DNA of 64,000 bases from contig BPJB01000001.1 of NCBI GenBank assembly GCA_026004395.1, positions 15,543 through 79,542 of the forward strand, written 5' to 3'. The position numbers and the translations under genes were made by a program. The stretch's first letter is position 1. Each line of letters opens with the position of its first letter. The notes below the pieces were generated by a model. That model was not told where the DNA came from. It worked only from the letters and a program-made list of their open reading frames with translations, and did no database searches. This stretch comes from Patescibacteria group bacterium (lineage in GTDB: Bacteria > Patescibacteriota > Microgenomatia > Levybacterales > UBA12049). Of the stretch, positions 60,201-64,000 are shown piece by piece.

Positions 60201-60818
60201 CTACTGTGCATTGCCTGGTTTGCCAATGAGAGTTCCGTTGATATCGATATTATCAAGGAAGGCATATCCTACTCCTTGATCAGTTCCCTCATCAAAGACA
60301 ATGTCAATACTCTTTATGGTTGATCCTGGAAGAATAGGAGGGAATGCTGTCGCTGGATCATAGCGTCTTCGTTCCCAAGTATTTCCCTGTGGGTCAACCA
60401 ATGCACTTATTGAGATAGGAGCAGGTGAATTACACCCAATAAAATGAAGAACATTATCATCTGTTACTACATTAAATCGAGGTGCGCCAGCTCCACAATG
60501 ACCATCAGTTCTTACATCCCAACCTATTTCAGTTAATGTTATGCCTTCAACACCTTCCACCTTTGCACCCGATGCTGCATTTGTTACAGTTGTACCATTT
60601 TTGGTTAAATAAAGCGCATGATTTGATTTGCCTGCATCAGTCAGTCCCTGATGTGTTACCCACGCAGCAGAGACAATTCCTGTAGATCCAGGGTCAAACT
60701 CAAATGGTTTTGCTTTATAAAATTTTGTAGCAAATGTGGTGGATGTAAGAAGAGAGACAATAAGAAGTGAGGAAAGAATTATACTTATTAGTTTGATTTT
60801 ATGCATTTTGTTTATCAC
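60201..60818 (-). CDS. secreted hypothetical protein
   Basis: Signal peptide plus TM-like N-terminus; 205 aa; two Cys. Confidence 0.45.
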   Translation of the reverse strand: MINKMHKIKLISIILSSLLIVSLLTSTTFATKFYKAKPFEFDPGSTGIVSAAWVTHQGLTDAGKSNHALYLTKNGTTVTNAASGAKVEGVEGITLTEIGWDVRTDGHCGAGAPRFNVVTDDNVLHFIGCNSPAPISISALVDPQGNTWERRRYDPATAFPPILPGSTIKSIDIVFDEGTDQGVGYAFLDNIDINGTLIGKPGNAQ

Positions 60819-61062
60819 CTCCTTTCATATTAAAGTTAGAAGATAGAGAGTTTATATACAATGAATATGAGAAGTATAAGGAAATTGCGTAACTACTTTG
60901 TAAGAGATTACGATAAATAATTTTATTAAGTGTGCTCATACACTAAAAATTTCATCTTCATCATTTGTTTCTCACATGCTTCTTTCTAATTTTTCATGAT
61001 TTTATTCCTATTTCTTGATATGTTTTATTTTATTCTAATTCAATTAAAGGAGGTGAGTAAAA

Positions 61063-61281
61063 GTGAAAGATATTAAAAATGCGATTGATCATTTACGACT
61101 GCATCAAGCATTTCCTGCGACTCGTGAAGAATTGATAAAAGAATGCAAAAATCTATCTGATTTTTCTGAAGAAGATAAGTTGTGGTTTGAAGAGCATCTT
61201 CCCGCAGGAACATATAATTCTGTAGATGATGTAATCAAGGCATTAGGATGGAGTGAAGAGGCAGTGTTGCGAGCAATGTAA
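61063..61281 (+). CDS. DUF2795-like small protein
   Basis: …LHQAFPATREELIKECKNLSDFSEEDKLWFEEHLPAGTYNSVDDVIKALGW. Confidence 0.45.
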   Translation: MKDIKNAIDHLRLHQAFPATREELIKECKNLSDFSEEDKLWFEEHLPAGTYNSVDDVIKALGWSEEAVLRAM

Positions 61282-61609
61282 ATTCTCTTCCTAAGGATTG
61301 GCAGATAGCATATATTTAAAGAATTTAGAGAGTTAAATCAATGGATTCTCTAGATGAATATGAGAAGTTAGCAAATGTTTGCTTAATGTAATTCTAAAGT
61401 TTAAAAAAATATTTTTGTTGGTAAGTGTAGCCAAGTTTTTCCGCGGATTTAAATATTAAGTTTTAGGCATCAAAAAATGATCGGAGTAAGAATAATTTTT
61501 TGATTTTAAGGTCATCTGTTTATCTTCCAGTAACTTCCAATTGAGGAGTACAAAAATACTTTTATTCATTGACATCATCTGTAGATTTTATCTAAACTAC
61601 TAAGGTAGG

Positions 61610-62722
61610 ATGAAATCGTCAAATAAAAAGCAGAAAAAGCGTTCCTCTCAACGTAAGCATAAACACTTAGTAACTTCTCAAAGTAGATCACGGATGATCT
61701 TTTTTTTGTTTGGTTTAAGTGTCGTTTTGGTGTTCACTTTTACAAAAATAATTCAAGACCAGCAAAGAATTCAGATTGCATCTGTTAAGAAAGCTGTTTT
61801 AGGCGAAGATGAAGATAAAAGAGGAGAAGAAAAAATTAGTGATGAGCAACAAAAGAATGAAGAAGAGAAGAAAAAAGAAGAGGAGGAAAAGAAAAAAGAA
61901 AACTCTCAGTTACCATCTCAAGGTTCATCTGGTTCGCAAAGTACATCCTCAAAACAATCATCATCTCGAAGTAATTTTCTATCTAATCCCAGTAAAAGAA
62001 TTGTTCCGACTCCTAATGCAGTTGAAGATGAGGAAGACGATGTAGAATCCAATAATAATCTTAGTGAACGTGAGATTGAGGTAGAAGATCACACTGGACA
62101 AAAAACGAAAATTAAAATTAAAGATGATGGAACTACAAAGGTTGAGTTAGAAAAAGGAGAGCTTAAAATAAAATATCGTTTTGAGAATGGGTTATTTTTA
62201 GCAAAAGTTGAAAATGAAGATGGAGAGGAAGTTGAGATGGGAGAAGAAGAGGTGAAGAATATCGAGGATGAGATTGAGACCAAGCTAGAAAAAGAAGGAA
62301 TAAAAGTTACCTCAGCCGGTGCTGATCTACTCTTCTCTAAAAATAATATAACAGCGCTTTCACGTTTTCCTTTAGCTATATCAACCGAAACCAACAAGCT
62401 TATCGTGACAACTCCCAAGGGTGAGAGGGTTGTTGCCGTACTTCCCGATGATGCAGTCAATCAAATTTTAAAATTGAAAGTTATAGATTCTTTGGAAAAA
62501 ACAGAATCTAATGGACCTTCTGAAAGATCAGCACAAGGTATTGAATTAACTACTAGAAATGGTGAAATTGTGTATAAAATATTAGGAAAAAGGACCTATC
62601 GTTTGTTTTCCCTTATTCCAATTCAGTCATCTCTAGAAGCACAAGTGTCAGCTGAAACTGGTCAGGTAATTTCTGTTGATAAGCCAATAATTACTCGGAT
62701 TATTGATTTCTTCTCAATTTAA
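61610..62722 (+). CDS. membrane-anchored K/E-rich and S-rich low-complexity protein
   Basis: Basic N-terminus plus TM helix; (E/K)-rich acidic-basic tract; S-rich tract; globular C-terminus. Confidence 0.45.
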   Translation: MKSSNKKQKKRSSQRKHKHLVTSQSRSRMIFFLFGLSVVLVFTFTKIIQDQQRIQIASVKKAVLGEDEDKRGEEKISDEQQKNEEEKKKEEEEKKKENSQLPSQGSSGSQSTSSKQSSSRSNFLSNPSKRIVPTPNAVEDEEDDVESNNNLSEREIEVEDHTGQKTKIKIKDDGTTKVELEKGELKIKYRFENGLFLAKVENEDGEEVEMGEEEVKNIEDEIETKLEKEGIKVTSAGADLLFSKNNITALSRFPLAISTETNKLIVTTPKGERVVAVLPDDAVNQILKLKVIDSLEKTESNGPSERSAQGIELTTRNGEIVYKILGKRTYRLFSLIPIQSSLEAQVSAETGQVISVDKPIITRIIDFFSI

Positions 62723-62987
62723 TTTCTTCTTGCGTTTTCTTTACGCTGTTTTAATTTCTCTCTTACTACTTCTCTATAGTATGGCAGTGTATGATAAAGA
62801 TAATACTTGCTTTTATTATAGGGATTGGTTTTTACGGATTTTTATGTTATTACCAGCCTATTGCTGAATCGTATTCTGAACAAAAAATTCTACAGGAGGT
62901 AGCGTTTGATTCCCATTTGCCTACTCATTAACTGGTAGAGAGTATTCTTCAGGATTAACTTATAATAATTGACAATTTGTTGAGTTT

Positions 62988-63239
62988 GTGATACTATGGG
63001 ACTATATGATGCGTGAGGATATTTCACCCAAAGTGGGTCTAATTTTTATCGCCCTGCTTCTTTTATTTGTTGCATTTTATCTTGGAATTATGCGTGTTGA
63101 TGTCTATCTTCGCAACAGAGCAGTTGATGAGTGTGGAAAAATATCAAAGTTTGAGAAAAGAGACAATAGTCAGAACGCTGTTATAGTATATCCAGTTGCT
63201 GATGTTTATCAGGATTGTTTAAAACGTAAAGGATACTAA
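62988..63239 (+). CDS. small membrane protein
   Basis: ORF track; one TM helix. Confidence 0.3.
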   Translation: MILWDYMMREDISPKVGLIFIALLLLFVAFYLGIMRVDVYLRNRAVDECGKISKFEKRDNSQNAVIVYPVADVYQDCLKRKGY

Positions 63240-63254
63240 CAATATTTTTTGAAA

Positions 63255-63605
63255 CTACAAGCCAAGTTGTGAGCGGATTATAAGCCAAATTTTTCTCCAA
63301 AATCTCGCTTTTTGATACTCTCTATATTGCTTGTTTTTGAAATAATCAATTGTTCCAGGAAGCGGGGGATCTATCCAGTTTGAGAGAACCACCCATTCAT
63401 TACTTTCATTTTTTTTAGCAATAAGAGTAATAGTTGAATCTCCAATTTTTTTTTGAAATTCTGTAGTTTCAGGCTGTTTGCCAGATCGAATGGTGTCAGG
63501 ATATCTAAAAGCTTGCCAGGCGATATCCTGAGACAATCCACGTTGTCCTAATCTTTTAAGCGCATGGTTAGTCCAAATGATTCCACCATATTTTCGATCG
63601 GACAT
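63255..63605 (-). CDS. DUF4258-like small protein (toxin-like fold)
   Basis: IIWTNHALKRLGQRGLSQDIAWQAF matches the DUF4258 N-terminal motif. Confidence 0.4.
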   Translation of the reverse strand: MSDRKYGGIIWTNHALKRLGQRGLSQDIAWQAFRYPDTIRSGKQPETTEFQKKIGDSTITLIAKKNESNEWVVLSNWIDPPLPGTIDYFKNKQYREYQKARFWRKIWLIIRSQLGL

Positions 63606-63899
63606 ATAAATATTATCTCATACGAAAAAAAGAAGAACAATCTCTTGCATTCTTTTTACACGACTTTTGTTGGAATCTTACGCAGGCAATATAAGATAGT
63701 TCCAAAAGAAGAAATGCAAGCAAGAAAACAACTATGAAGGATGGGCTCTGAAGAAGAGCGCTTCCTCTCGGTTGTTTTATTGCTTTTCTTGAGTTTTATT
63801 GATAATAGAAATATTTTTCTACTTCTAAAATATTATTCTTGGTATTTTCTTACTCCTTCTTTTTTTATTTCTCACACAATCCTTCTAGTGTAAAATACA

Positions 63900-64000
63900 A
63901 TGAATCTTTTCGCTTGGCTTATTTTTGGAATTTTTGTAGGTTTTGTTGCTCATATTCTCGATAGTAGAAGTGCATGGGGTGGGTTGTCTGGTGCTCTTCT
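63900..64000 (+). CDS. GlsB/YeaQ/YmgE-family small membrane protein, 5' fragment (continues beyond window)
   Basis: MNLFAWLIFGIFVGFVAHILDSRSAWGGLSGAL…. Confidence 0.55.
   Translation, partial: MNLFAWLIFGIFVGFVAHILDSRSAWGGLSGAL

Overview
The window is AT-rich (~37% GC) bacterial chromosome from a small-genome organism. Supporting that read: a class II (B12-dependent) ribonucleotide reductase with NrdR, many PT-linker surface proteins, a conjugative coupling-protein (TraD/VirD4)-like ATPase, and many orphan ORFs. It may be Patescibacteria/CPR-like, but that cannot be proven from the sequence alone. The standard genetic code is used.

Positions 1-43.6 kb are mostly core genes:
- two tandem class A PBPs
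- a CvpA-CAP fusion
- PT-repeat surface proteins
- two proteins with twin-arginine (Tat)-like signal peptides, one carrying a perfect 402-bp internal tandem duplication
- an IS481-like transposase pseudogene
- an SdrD-B-repeat adhesin
- gap and gmk
- an nrdR-nrdJ-[putative cobalamin riboswitch]-pduO cluster
- a coupling-protein-like ATPase abutting tRNA-Ile(UAU)
- a XerC/D-like tyrosine recombinase, an ftsB-like gene and two tRNA-CAU
- murD, tgt, trpS, guaB, an adenosine-deaminase-family gene, guaA, a Cof phosphatase, dnaG, rpoD and a carbinolamine dehydratase

Positions 43.6 kb to about 60 kb form a composite genomic island at tRNA-Asn(GUU). It is built from at least four modules, each ending in a degenerate 3' end of a large-serine-recombinase-like gene (a ~130-bp repeat family). 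Its cargo includes:
- a Type III R-M system with a small HTH regulator
- several orphan genes, one of which continues upstream through an in-frame TAA
- a second CAP-domain membrane protein
- a methyltransferase fragment
- a 607-aa unknown protein next to an archaeal-type adenylate kinase and a eukaryote/archaea-type ITPase (Ham1)
- a transposase remnant
- a kinase-fold two-gene operon

Overall, at least 9 single-base frameshifts interrupt conserved genes (trpS x2, guaB x2, dnaG x2, phhB, the adhesin and one hypothetical gene). One tRNA also appears to lack 2 nt. That pattern is typical of indel sequencing errors, but genuine gene decay cannot be excluded. No rRNA or CRISPR array is present.
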